Assembly (NCBI RefSeq): GCF_026210795.1
Contig: NC_089430.1
Coordinates: 3,596,001-3,660,000 of the forward strand
Origin: Rhizophagus irregularis
Taxonomy: Eukaryota
Reading direction: 5' to 3'
DNA length: 64,000 nucleotides
The translations under genes were made by a program, and so were the position numbers. Of the stretch, positions 39,861 through 52,328 are shown piece after piece (within the stretch, counting starts at the first letter, position 1; the number at the start of each line of letters is the position of its first letter). The notes beneath the pieces were generated by a model. The model did not search any database and was not told where the DNA came from. It saw nothing but the letters and a program-made list of their open reading frames with translations.

Positions 39861-41089
39861 TCTAATTGATCAAAATCCATTTTGCACAATAACTCACCAT
39901 CCAGTAATCATAGAAATCCAATTAATAGCTCATTGGAATCATCTCGTCAAGATAGTTCGAATGGTACTAAAATCATCCTTCTAGAATTGATAGATAGAGA
40001 GTTGATTTTACCAATTTTTCAAAAAATAACTCGTCATCTATCAATGCTAAAAGGATAATTTTAGTACCATTCAAACCGTCTCAACAAAACGATTCTAACG
40101 AGCTATTGATTGGGTTTCTACGATCACTGGATGGTGAGTTATTACGCAAAACAGATTCTGACCAATCAGAAAAAAACTGAAAAATGGAACTGAACTGAAC
40201 CGTTTAGAGCTTTATATAATACTAAAGATTATATATTGAATGTTTAAACATTTTATTTAAAATATTTAAAAGGTTAGAAAATACTGAATATTTAGATTAT
40301 TATATTATTTTTATAATTGCTAATTAGCCAGAACAAGTAAATATAAAAAGACTTATAATATTAAGAATTAATATTAAAAGAATAGTATCTGAAATTTCAA
40401 AATTAAGTTCAATTTCTTTAATTAGACCACTTCATATTTCTTTAAGTAGTAGAGAAATTTTATTTCAAACGTATTGTTTTTTTTTAAAAAATATTATATT
40501 ATGATTTATTTGAAAATAAAAAAGTATTGTCTCAAAAACTAAAACAAACTGTAATTAATCTTATTTTAGATTTAATATTTAATAGTTAGAAAAATATTTG
40601 AGATATTATTATATATTGTTTTGAAAATTTTAAAAATATAGAATATAGAATGATGATTTATTTGTTAAATAATTTTATATCACTTACTTTAAATATACAT
40701 GCAGTACTTTTTAGAAGTAAATACTTTGAGGCAAAATTAATTATAAAATTTAAAATTAATTATAGAATACAGAATTTTATTTTCAAACTTTAAAAAAAAA
40801 CTCTTTTCCACTCTCTTCATTTCATATAAAAATTGTGTTTTTTTTAAAAAAAAATGTTTAATTTAATACTCTTTACTTATATTGAAACAATATAATTTTT
40901 ATTAAATATTTCTCTGCCTACTACTTCTACACATTTTTACTTAGAAAAACAATAATTTTTATCATGATTTTCAGGAGTTTTTCCTTTATTTTTTTACTAT
41001 TCTTTTTAAAAATACCCACCTATTTAACTATTACTTACATATAATTAAATATTAATTGCATTCATTTTTACTTACTGTTGATTTAGCAT

Positions 41090-41335
41090 TATTTAATAAA
41101 AAAAAAAATTTAAGAAAATATAAGAAATAATAATTTTATTATATTTTCAAATAAAGAATAAGTTAAAAATTATAATTTTAAGAATTATTAAATTTAAGAA
41201 AGTTACTTATAAGTAAACTTATTTAAAAATTGAAAATTATTTCTTAAAATTATAATTTTTAATTTATTCTTTATTTGAAAATATAATAAAATTTTTATTT
41301 TACATATTTTTTTAAAAAATTTTTATTATTAAATA
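41090..41335. repeat. AT-rich imperfect palindrome of about 250 bp
   Basis: TTTTATTATATTTTCAAATAAAGAATAA..AAAAATTATAATTTTAAGAA is mirrored across about 41210. Confidence 0.65.
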
Positions 41336-41707
41336 ATATTAAATTACAATAATTAGAAAATAGTAATAATAAAAAGAGTTTTTTATTTTTTTTTAGAGTA
41401 TGTCAGAAATCAGTTGATTTGAAAGAAAATGAGCAAGTTAAACTTTAAATCAGACCTATATAATTAATATAAATATAAATAATTTAATTATTTTTATATA
41501 TAATTATTATAATGCAATTATCTTTACTTTTAATAATCCAATTTTAATGAACTTTTTTTAATTTATAGCTTTTATTTAACTTTACAAATTTAGTTTTATA
41601 AAATAAAAAAAAATTTATTCAAATTGAATTATTAAAAGCCAAAATAATTGTATAATACTAATTATTATAAAAATTAAAATTTAAATGTATCTGCATTTTG
41701 AATTATA

Positions 41708-41874
41708 TATATTATCCAAATTATTTTGGGCTGCTGTAATTATAAGTAAATTTCAAATTTAATTATGGCATTTCAAATTATTTTAGCATTTTACATAGTA
41801 ATCATATATAAACTGAATGAATTATAGCATTCCAAATTATAATTATGACATTCCAAAATAATTTGGATAGTATG
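41708..41874. mobile_element. Small TA-flanked MITE
   Basis: Inverted TATCCAAATTATTTTGG/CCAAAATAATTTGGATA. Confidence 0.55.
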
Positions 41875-44097
41875 TATATTTTGATTTTTATATAATAAAA
41901 ATGCTGATCATTTTATATAATACTGGTGAATTTCTGATTTTTTTGAATAAACACAACTTATACTTTATACACTTATAAATAAACTCACATTATATATGTA
42001 TTTTTGCCTTCTTTACAACTTTACTTACTATGGTAAAAAAGGTTTAAAACTTCATTTTTAACTTATACTATAGTGATGTATTTAAATGCAGATGTATTTA
42101 AATTTTAAACCCATTATTATATATAATAATATTTAATATTTAATAATAAAAATTTTTTTAAAGTTAATATCAGTCATGCTCTTAATATTTTTTTTTAAAA
42201 AAGAGAAAGATATGTTAATTTTTTAAAGTAATTATTTTTAAAATATATGATTTTAAGTAATGCAAAAATAATATAAATTTTTGGCAATTTGGTTCAATTT
42301 TCTTTTTTACAATTTTTTCATAATAATATAATATATAAATTATTAATGAAAATTCAATATATATACTTATCTGAATTTGTTGTGATTATATATTAATTCA
42401 GACATTAATATTATAAAAATTTGAAGTTAATAGAAGGGTTCACTATTTTTATTCAGGTAATGTATATAATAATATAGAATCAATAAACAAAAATTGATAG
42501 ATAAAATGAATACTATGAGTTAAACTTAAAACTTTACATAAATATTTCCTGTATTATATATACAAGCTATAGTAAAAATAATACAGTAATTTATTTTATA
42601 ATACAGGTTTTTATAACTATGAATCAAATATAAAATCAATAAAGTTATATCATATAATCTAATAAATTAATGATTATAAATTATGAAATTATGCCACAAA
42701 ATTTTAAAAAATTAATGCTATTAAAATTTACAATATTATAAAATTAAATTTATACTATAAATATAAAATTAATATAAAATTTAATAAATAATTCAATGAC
42801 AATAATATTTCGATTTTTGTGAAAAAATAATATATACCATTTTGTTAACATGTTTAAAAATGTTGATCTTTAAATAAACACATGTATGTGCCTTATGTTA
42901 AATGATCGGCGAATGATCGGCAAAAAGAGATGTCCGCTGATCCTATGTTCATTCTTACCACCATTATTTTCGCAGGGGACTGTATCACTTCAATTTAAAT
43001 TAAACAACTATTGTTAGATTTACCTCATCGAGATGAATCTTATGAATTGTATTTCATTATTTTTCAATCACCAATTGCTATAGAAAACTCTTTTATTTTC
43101 TTTAATGAGATCTTTGATCTGGCCCATTCGGTCTTTATTAAGATCTGTTCAAGATGAAAACTTTCACCAAGGTGATGGGTTGTAGTGTCCCTGGAGAAAG
43201 AAATCTATCTTGCTCTCTTTATTCCAGCGCAAAAACGTGCTAGCCAAAAAATTCGAATGCTTTATGCAATGTTAACAAAGTCAGAACCTTTTTTATAACG
43301 TGAAATTCGAATGCACATTCAAAGATATTTTATACTTTTGTATTCTAGATTACTTGTCAAGAATAACACAACAATTGCTAAAGCCATATAAGTTTCTTTG
43401 AATTAAAGAACGGCTGATCGTTAATCGATCATTGTCCAACAATAGTCACGTTACTGCGATACGATTACTTTTATGGACTTTTATTGAGGTAGATACTTAC
43501 TCAAATATATTTAGTATAACGCAAAAATTGTTACAAAAATAGTTTTCTCTTTTGGAAATATTGTACTATTTTTGAAATTATTTTTAATGTATCACAGTAC
43601 TTGGTGTATACAAATTTACATTATGATTATTACAATTAAAAATTTTTTTTTTCCTCCAGACAGAACTAGAAAAATTGAGAAAAACCATATAAGTTTTGTC
43701 TCTTCTGTATTTGTTTAATATTATTAACGGTTTAAGTTACATGAAAAAGTGATCGTGCTCATTTCGACGGCCAAATTTTCGTTATCACGATACCTTATTT
43801 TATTGGACAATACTGAGGTTGAATTAACTTCTATTTTTAATACACTTAATTGCATACATGCTCGTAAAGAAACGTATTTGTGAACAACGAAACAAAACTT
43901 TATTTCATATTTATACATATCCATTGTATAATATTTATACTTCTTACTCTTTTTTCCTTGTATTTTCATAAAATTAATTATTTTAATTTAATTTGTTTTT
44001 TTTTAAAAAAGAACGGACCGGTTTGGACCTATTTAATTGCGTTTAACGAATCAAATTAGCTCATTCCATTACATACTGAGTTGTGTTTTAAATAACA

Positions 44098-46821
44098 ATG
44101 ATACAACTTAGACTACCAGACAATACGAAAATAACTTCGAAAATTTTGTCCCTTTTAAATAATATTTCTTATTCACTTCTTTTATGTTTAATATGTTTTC
44201 TTTTTTTTTGCGAAATTGCATCATTTGGAGTAAATGCTCAACAAGCTGATTCAGATGGAACTATTGCTATACCCATAATGCAATGGATAGACATGAGACC
44301 TAACTTGAGAGGTACATCGCCGCCTGGACTAAAAGATTTCGCTTTTGGATACTCTAAAGACAGTAACTTGGCAATAATTTTCGGCGGAACGTAAGTATTA
44401 TTTTTTAGCAATAACTTAAAGGGAGTTATCGTAGCTCTTAATATAGAGTGATTTGTGGCTTAGTAAATGTCTTGACGTCATTTAATTTGAATTCTATTTA
44501 TTTATAGAACGCCGACTGGGAGTAAATCTGGAGCAACCTATTTATTAGATTTAACTGACAATACATGGAAAACACTATCTGATTTTGGATTTCTTAATCC
44601 ACAAACTCCGGAAGCAAGATCAAATATGATTTTTGGAGTTGATAAGGCTTCATCTTATCGAAATGCATTTATTATTGCTTGTGGTCAGGGACCCGGAGAA
44701 GTGCTTTATAATGATATTTGGGCATTTGATTTTAGTTATAAACAATGGACAAAAGTTGAAGCGGTTAGTGGTGAAATACCGCCTTTAATGTATGGTAGTA
44801 TTGGTGGAATTGATACGACGTTAGCGACCCCATCTCAAACTGTATTAACAAATACATTATGGTCAAGTCATGGAACAAATGGAACTCATTTTTTTACTGA
44901 TCTTTACGCTCTTGTTACAACTGGGAACCTTTCTCCTAATTTGAAAACTTTATCAGCTACTTGGTATAAAGTTCCAGTTGTAAGTGGTTCAGATATTCCT
45001 GCAGGGCGTTCTTTTGTTGCAGGTACAATACTACCAAACAAAAGATTGGCATTATATGGGGGATGCGACAAACTTGAAGGGAAATGCGCAACATCAGATA
45101 CTTATACATTGAATTTTGGAAGTAATTATACCAATGGGCAAGTAGAAACCGCAACACCTTTATGGAGTAAAAAAAATTCTTGTTTAGGTGCGAGATCAGG
45201 AGCTGCCATGGTTATGAATAGTAATCCTGCTATAACATATCCAAATCAAGCAATAGTTTATGGTGGAAGTTCATCTGATGGAAAAGCTGTTGGGCCAGCT
45301 GGTGAAGTTGGTGTTTTTGATGCCGATTTGGGAAATTGGGTTCGTGTTCTTCCGCAAAAAGATCAGATTTCGGGATATCCACCTCAAAGAATAGGAGCTC
45401 AAATGGCTCCTATTCCATCGGCGATTGGTGTTCCTGGATTTGCGGCCACAGATATTTTATTGTTTGGGGGAGAAAGTATGGATGGAAATAATTTAAATGA
45501 TATATGGATATTGAGATTAAATAATAATTCTACTTCGGGAGCTACAGCTAGTGCAGCCAAGTTACCTATTGAGTTCCTTGAATGTGTTCCAGAACCTAAA
45601 AATGGTACAGGCGGTACAGTAGTCAAACCTGGTGGCACTACGGGAACTAACACAGGAACAAATAGTGGTTCAAATAGCGATAGTAGTGATTCCAATGATT
45701 TCGGCAAATCAACGACACCGAAAAGCCACGTGACTTTTTCAACAATTAGTTTTGCATTTTTACCATTAGCGGCATCAGTTATAAGATTCGGATATGGATC
45801 AAATCAGAAATGGGCAATAGCGGGATTATATACAATATTCATAGTAACTTCATATGCAACAGCGTTTTATGGATTTGCTATTGCATTTCAAGACAAACAA
45901 AAACTATCCGAGCATTTTAATACATCTCATGGATTAATAGGATTAGTATTATTAGTATTATTGTATATACTTGTACCTTTAATGGCGATTATTTCTTTAT
46001 TTGCAAGTAAAAAATATGAATCAGATTCATTCGCAAATGATGATTCAATTAATGATAAAGGAGGCGTCGGATCTAAATTAACAGATTTTTTTAATTGGCG
46101 AAATTCCGAATCAAATTCAAAAACGGCTAAATCATTTGAAGTTTCTAGACCAGGAAATCGATTGGTACCAGGAGGAGAAACTCCATCCCAATCGCCTCCG
46201 TTAAAATCTTCGGATAATTGGATGGAAAAAAGAAAGAGCGTTACGAATCATTCTTCTCAAGGGTCAAGAAATAATAGCTTACAATTCATCCCAAATTCAA
46301 GAAGAACATCACAAAGTACAGCTGTGTCTAGAAGCGGATTACAAACATCAACCACATCGTCTGATACATCAACTGCAATTATTATAAGACGAATTCATCA
46401 CATATTTGCACAACTTGTTTTAATTTCAACGGTAATATATATTGGAATATCATTAATTAAAACAAGAGTTGTAGACTCTTTAACTTTTTACATATTTATT
46501 GGATTTATGATGATTATTTATTTAATTTGGATTATTGCTGCTCGGTACGGATATCCAAAAGGTAGAAATAGCTTACTTGTATTATTTATGCACAAGGTTG
46601 CTTGTGGTAAAGGTGAAATTAATGAAACGAAACAATATGACTTTGAAGAAAATTACAGAAATGGCAGAGATGGTCCAGCACCATCTTCTAATAGAATGAG
46701 AATTGAAGATGATGAAATGGATGAAGAAGCTGAACAAGCCCAATTAGAACAAGATATGCACAATAGAGAAGTTGTTGTTATGACTATACCTAAAAGAAGA
46801 TTAACTGTTGTAAATGCGTAA
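44098..46821 (+). CDS. Kelch-repeat membrane protein with a C-terminal cytochrome b561-like region (2 exons)
   Basis: Exons 44098-44390 and 44508-46821 join in frame (FGGTTPTG). N-terminal hydrophobic signal. Kelch GG motifs (LYGG, VYGG, LLFGG..LNDIWIL). TM helices with SHVTF, HFNTSHGLIGL and RIHHIF. Confidence 0.85.
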
Positions 46822-47686
46822 TTGGGGGGAGTTAAATTACAAAAGAGAGGGAAAGGTATTATAATATAAAAATATATTATTTTTATTTAAAAAAAGAACT
46901 TTATATAAATACACTTTTTTTTATTTAAGCAAAAAAGTTTTCTTCATCTTTTTTTTTGATAATATAATTATGAAAAATCTTTTCTGACATGATGGATTAG
47001 TGGTATAATAAATATATACTTATGATTCTTTGTTTAAAATTTTTTTTTTAAATTGTAGTTTTATGTATTTTTTATGAAAGTAACAAAATTTTGTATATCA
47101 TTAAATATGTATTTAATTTTTTTTAGAAAATCATAATCATACTTTTGATTTTATAAAAAAAATTAATTTTGTAATTAATTATTACTTATTTTTAATTATA
47201 AAATATCAATTAAAACAAATTTCAAAATATTAAACAATTACAATTTGAAAATATATTTGAAAAAAATGAAAATTTCTTAAAATACACTAGTATGCGAAAT
47301 ATGAATTATGTGACTTTAATTTGTCACCCATGTCACATCCTTCTAGTTTTCCATTTTTACTATTTATTCTAGAAACGAATTTTTTCAGTAAAGAAAAACC
47401 TTATTTATCACATATTATATGTCATGCCTATAATTTCGGCCAAATTTTATAATTCCACTTGAATTTCCATTTTTGGAAATCAAAGCAACATTACATAACC
47501 TAAAAATCAACTTTTGATTTTCAGTAAAAATGAAAATTTGTTGCACAAATTTCCAAAAAAAGAAAATTTTTTATGCAGATTACTGAAAAAGTATAATAAA
47601 CACGTGATCTGTATTTTGCACACTAATATATAAATAGCATGACAGAAATACTTATATCATCTTGCTGATTATTTGCCAATCATATA

Positions 47687-49353
47687 CAGAGGATGATCAG
47701 AATTATCCAGCCACTTTTCAAATTGGAAAAATTTATATATATATAATATAGCAATAATAAAAATTTAAAGTTAACCAATTTCATTATGTCTTTGTTTACT
47801 AATTTTGATAAAATTTTAATAATAAATTCTATCTCCATTTGCAAAAATAACTTCCCAATTTAATGAGATATACTATTGATAGATTTTTATAATATTCTGG
47901 AGAAATACCTTTTAATGCAACTTTAACATAGTACTTTTTAAGTAGTTTTATCAGAAAATTTAATAAGGTATGCAAGCATAATGTTGAAAAAGTATTATGC
48001 CATAATATTGCATATTAATTACAAATATAATACTATGTAAATTATAAAATTTTTTGAGTTTGCAAAATTCATGAATTTTAAAATTTAAAATTGTATGTTA
48101 AGGTTATTTCGAGATCTAGTGATTGAAATTTTAAAATTTTGGGTTTATCAAATTCATCTCATTGTGAGGATTTGAATGGTAATAATTTAATATTTGTAAG
48201 ATCGATATTCATCACATGATTATGCTCTAAAAGCCTAAATGTCACCTACGATATGTTCTGATTCTGTGATTGAAATTTTACAATTTATAGCTCTTTTGAT
48301 CCATCTCATTGAGATGATTTGAATGGTGGTAAGTACAGGTCAATCAGATCAATATTGGTAAAATTATGATATTTTTAATATTTTTAAGTTTGTTTACACA
48401 AAATTGTAAAATTTATAAAATTCATATAATAGGTAACTTCATTATTTTCAAAAAATATGAAGTATTGAAATTTGTTTATAATTGTCATTATAAACATAAA
48501 ATTATATCTTATTTATATTACTAGCCGTTAACCTGTTGCTTTGTAACGGTATACATATAGGGATGGAGACAGATCATTCAGTTCCATTTCAGTTCGCCGT
48601 CGGTTTCACGTCAGTTCCCATTAAGAAAAATATGAGCTACATGTGTCAAATTAAAGACACAAGTTGAACATATATTGATTATGAATTAAAAAAATTTTGA
48701 TTGGTTAACAATCAATAGTTGGTTCATGATCATCATAATTTTGATGTTGATCATATTTTGAACCAGTTTTTAGAACTGGTTCAGAACCAGTTCAGTTCAA
48801 TTTTTAAAAGCTATTAAAAATTGTTTTGACTTATAAATTTTCTTTTTTTTTTATTTATTGTAAAAATATTAGTGTTTCTCTATTCCCAATAAGATTTTTG
48901 GCTCATATAAGTTCGAAACTCACGAGATTTTAATCAGTTTTAAAAACTGCTCAAAATTACGTAATCGAACCGATCCTATCCCTATATACATACATATAAA
49001 AAAAGCGTGACCTGCATGTAATAATTAATCTGGCCAGAATTATGTGATCGGTGCAGAAATTTCCTTTTATGGAGTATTTGTGAAACCAAAATTCCCTATT
49101 TTTGTGGGAAGCAAAATTTCCTTTTTTGGAAGTTGGTGTACTAATGTCATGTGATAAAGTGCCAATAGGAGCGATGTTACGCAATTCAAATTTATTTATA
49201 CAGGGTAGTCTAAACATTATGGTTACACACAAAAACAATTATTATATAGTATAGATATAGATATAAATATAAATATAGATATAGATATTAACACATCATG
49301 ATCAACAAAATTTTAGCAAAATAAACTGGCCGAATAATTTTGATCGCCTTCTG
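47687..49353. mobile_element. Non-autonomous Tc1/mariner-like element hosting a Helitron
   Basis: TA|CAGAGGATGATCAGAATTATCCAGCC at the left against the reverse complement of the right end, CAGAAGGCGATCAAAATTATTCGGCC. Confidence 0.6.
48521..49285 (-). mobile_element. Non-autonomous Helitron
   Basis: The minus strand starts with (TCTATA)n TCTATACTATATAA and ends with the hairpin CCGTTACAAAGCAACAGG followed by CTAG|T. Confidence 0.7.
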
Positions 49354-49651
49354 ACTTCTGTAATTTCGGATTTTAAAATTTATTGCAAAAGCTACAAACA
49401 TTTTAGCAAAAAAATAATGGAAATCTAAGCTAAACATTGAATTATCATATAATTTTAATTATATAATTATTAGCATAATTTTTTTAATATTTTTATAGTA
49501 TATTATTCATACAATAATTCATAATTTTTTGCCAATTATCAAACAAAAATTAATAGGCAGAAATAAATATACATGGGTGAAATTTAAAACTTTGTACAAA
49601 TATTTTTTATATTTATATTATGTAAAATTTATAAAAAAAATAATGCAAATG

Positions 49652-50143
49652 CCTTATGAAAAGTTTTTATACTTAAAATATACTTAAAATATACTTAAAA
49701 TAAGTATCAATTTTAATTCGTGATATACTTATAATATACTTAAAATATGCTGAAAATACTCTCAAAATATATTTTAATGTACTTGTTTTTTACCCAAGTA
49801 CTTAAATTATATTTAAAGTATACTTAAACTAGAATTTAAGTACAATATAAGTGTATTTTTTACATGTTTAAAATATTTTTAAAATGTACTTAAAATTCAA
49901 TTTAAGTATATTTTAAGAATATTTTAAACATGTAAAAAATACACTTATATTGTACTTAAATTCTAGTTTAAGTATACTTTAAATATAATTTAAGTACTTG
50001 GCAAAAAACAAGTACATTAAAAATATATTTTGAGAGTATTTTCAGCATATTTTAAGTATATTATAAGTATATCACGAATTAAAATTGATACTTATTTTAA
50101 GTATATTTTAAGTATATTTTAAGTATAAAAACTTTTTATAGGA
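49652..50143. mobile_element. Foldback MITE: near-perfect 492-bp palindrome
   Basis: Arms of about 240 bp are almost exact reverse complements around 49897. ATG flanks both ends. Confidence 0.85.
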
Positions 50144-50497
50144 ATGCAGATATTTTATTATTAGAGATTTTAATAAATTAATTTGCAAAATAAATAAGTA
50201 AATGCCTCAAAATAAACAAATAAATGCCACAAAATTTAATAAATAAATGCCACAAAATTTGATAAATTTTTTTTTTATATTTTAAAGTTTATTTATTATA
50301 ACACTTGGAACCATACAATATAGGAGTTACACTTCACAAAAATATAGTAAATTTGTTAATCACCCCCTAAGTGCAATGAGAATGCATAAATAAACCTGAT
50401 GCAAATGCATCTTCAAATCATAATAAAAACAAAAAGAAAACAAAAAAACAAAAAATGTGAAAAATAGGGAAACAGTCAGCAATAAAGCCACCCTATT

Positions 50498-50879
50498 CCC
50501 TATAAAAAATATTTTTGCTAAAATATACTTAAAATAAACTTAAAATTTTATTTTATACTTAAAATATATTTAAAATTTTATTTTATACTTAAAATATACT
50601 GAAATAGGCAAAAATTAAATATTATTTAAGTATAATTTAAGTATATAATAATATACTTAAAATATTCTTATTTTAAATATCCTTAAAATATACTGAAATA
50701 GGCAAAATTTAAATGTAAATTAAATATATTTTAAGTATATATTAAATACAATTTAATTCAAATTTTGCGAAAATTTAATTTTCAGTATATTTTAAGTATA
50801 AAATAAGAAAATTAAGTATATTTTAAAGAAAATTAAATATATTTTAAATATATTTTAAGTAAAATTTTTTTTTATAGGA
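50498..50879. mobile_element. Related MITE with CCCTATA..TATAGGA ends
   Basis: Same TACTTAAAATA subterminal repeats as 49652-50143. ATT on both flanks. Confidence 0.7.
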
Positions 50880-51787
50880 ATTACAACTATACTCCTAAAA
50901 CTAAGACTATCAGACCATTCTTTCGAACTTATATTAAGACGCTCCTAGTTTTCTAAATATTGATCTTATTTCTGCTAAAATTGTAAGCTTGTTAATACCA
51001 CCCAAGGCCTTATCTATATTCTTGATTTTCTTGGCCACCTTTTGCTTCTTACTTGACTGAGTGTTAGTATTATTTGTTCGAATCTTGGAGTCACCTTCTT
51101 GATTCACCTTCTGAGGGTATCTCCTTCTTTGCTTCAAGTTAGGGGTAAAGTACAAAATTTGATAAATTAATGCTACAAAATTAAATAAATAATATAAAAT
51201 TTAATAAATAATACTATAAATATATGCTTTAATTATTTTTATCAGTAAATTATAATAAAAAATATATAATTTTTATTTAAATTTAAATTTATTTCAAATT
51301 TTTAAAAAAATAAATAGAACTTTATTCATATTATTTATTAGCCAAATTTTACTAATTTGAATTTTAAAAATGTTAAATAATGATATATAAATTTATGCAT
51401 TTGATTCTAATAAATGTAATAGAAAAATTTATAAAATAGGAGACAAAATATTAATTTCAGAAATTAATATTAAATTAATTTCATATAATTTGTATATTTT
51501 ATTATAATAAATTTATTCTTAATGAGAACCATAGATTGGATAAATTATTGCAAGTTTATAGTATAAGGAATATAATAATTAGTGATATTTGCCTAAATTC
51601 TTTTTGCCAAAAATTTCAGTTTCATTACCAACTAGTTTCAGTTTTATCATTAACTAAATTATATAATAATAATTTTTATTTTAATTATATAAAATTATAA
51701 TTTATTATAAAAATATATAAAATTATATTATATATAAAAATTTTTTTTAAAAAATATTATATTTTAATAAAAATTTATTTTGTATAG

Positions 51788-52010
51788 ATGTTTACGGTCA
51801 GATCTTCCAATCCACCAATATTGAAGTAAGTTAGTCAGTATCCTATTATCTTCAGTGTATCACTAACAGGATGCCAATATATGAATTAACACCACCATCA
51901 GGACCTTACTAAAGACATTTTTTATTGGGCCTTTATAAGCTGATCTAAAGCTAGAAATATACTGCTTGCTTATTTTTTTATCTGCTATATAATACAGGTT
52001 AAGTATATAC
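51788..52010 (-). mobile_element. Old diverged 3' fragment related to the SINE-like unit
   Basis: TGTTTACGGTCAGA..TCCTATTATCTTCA..GGGCC..GCTGATCTAAAGCTAG is collinear with the array unit. Confidence 0.6.
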
Positions 52011-52328
52011 TTATAATCTCTTACATCCAACTATAACTTTTGTGAATACAGTCAACTCCCTCTATAGTCACTCCTGTTATAGTCACATTCTACTATATAG
52101 TCACACCAGTTGAATGTTCAAAACACTTTATTATTAAAATCTATCCTATATAGTCACAATCTATCTATAGTCACTATCACACCTATCCTCAAAAATCTTA
52201 TATTAAAAAGAACCGTTTATAATCACAGTTATATAAAAAATATATTAAATAACTTGGCATCTAATAATCGTACAAAGATGTATCATAGCTTGTTAGAATC
52301 GTCTCACTGAGACGAATCGAATGGTGGT

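Noticed and set aside
50270..51155. Possible LINE 3' remnant on the minus strand (Lys-rich ORF 50934-51155, A tail at about 50270)
   Set aside because: Plausible, but no diagnostic motif is visible.
52049..52300. pogo/Tigger-like left TIR TA|CAGTCAACTCCCTCTATAGTCAC hosting the SINE array
   Set aside because: No matching right TIR was found in the window, so the boundaries cannot be supported.
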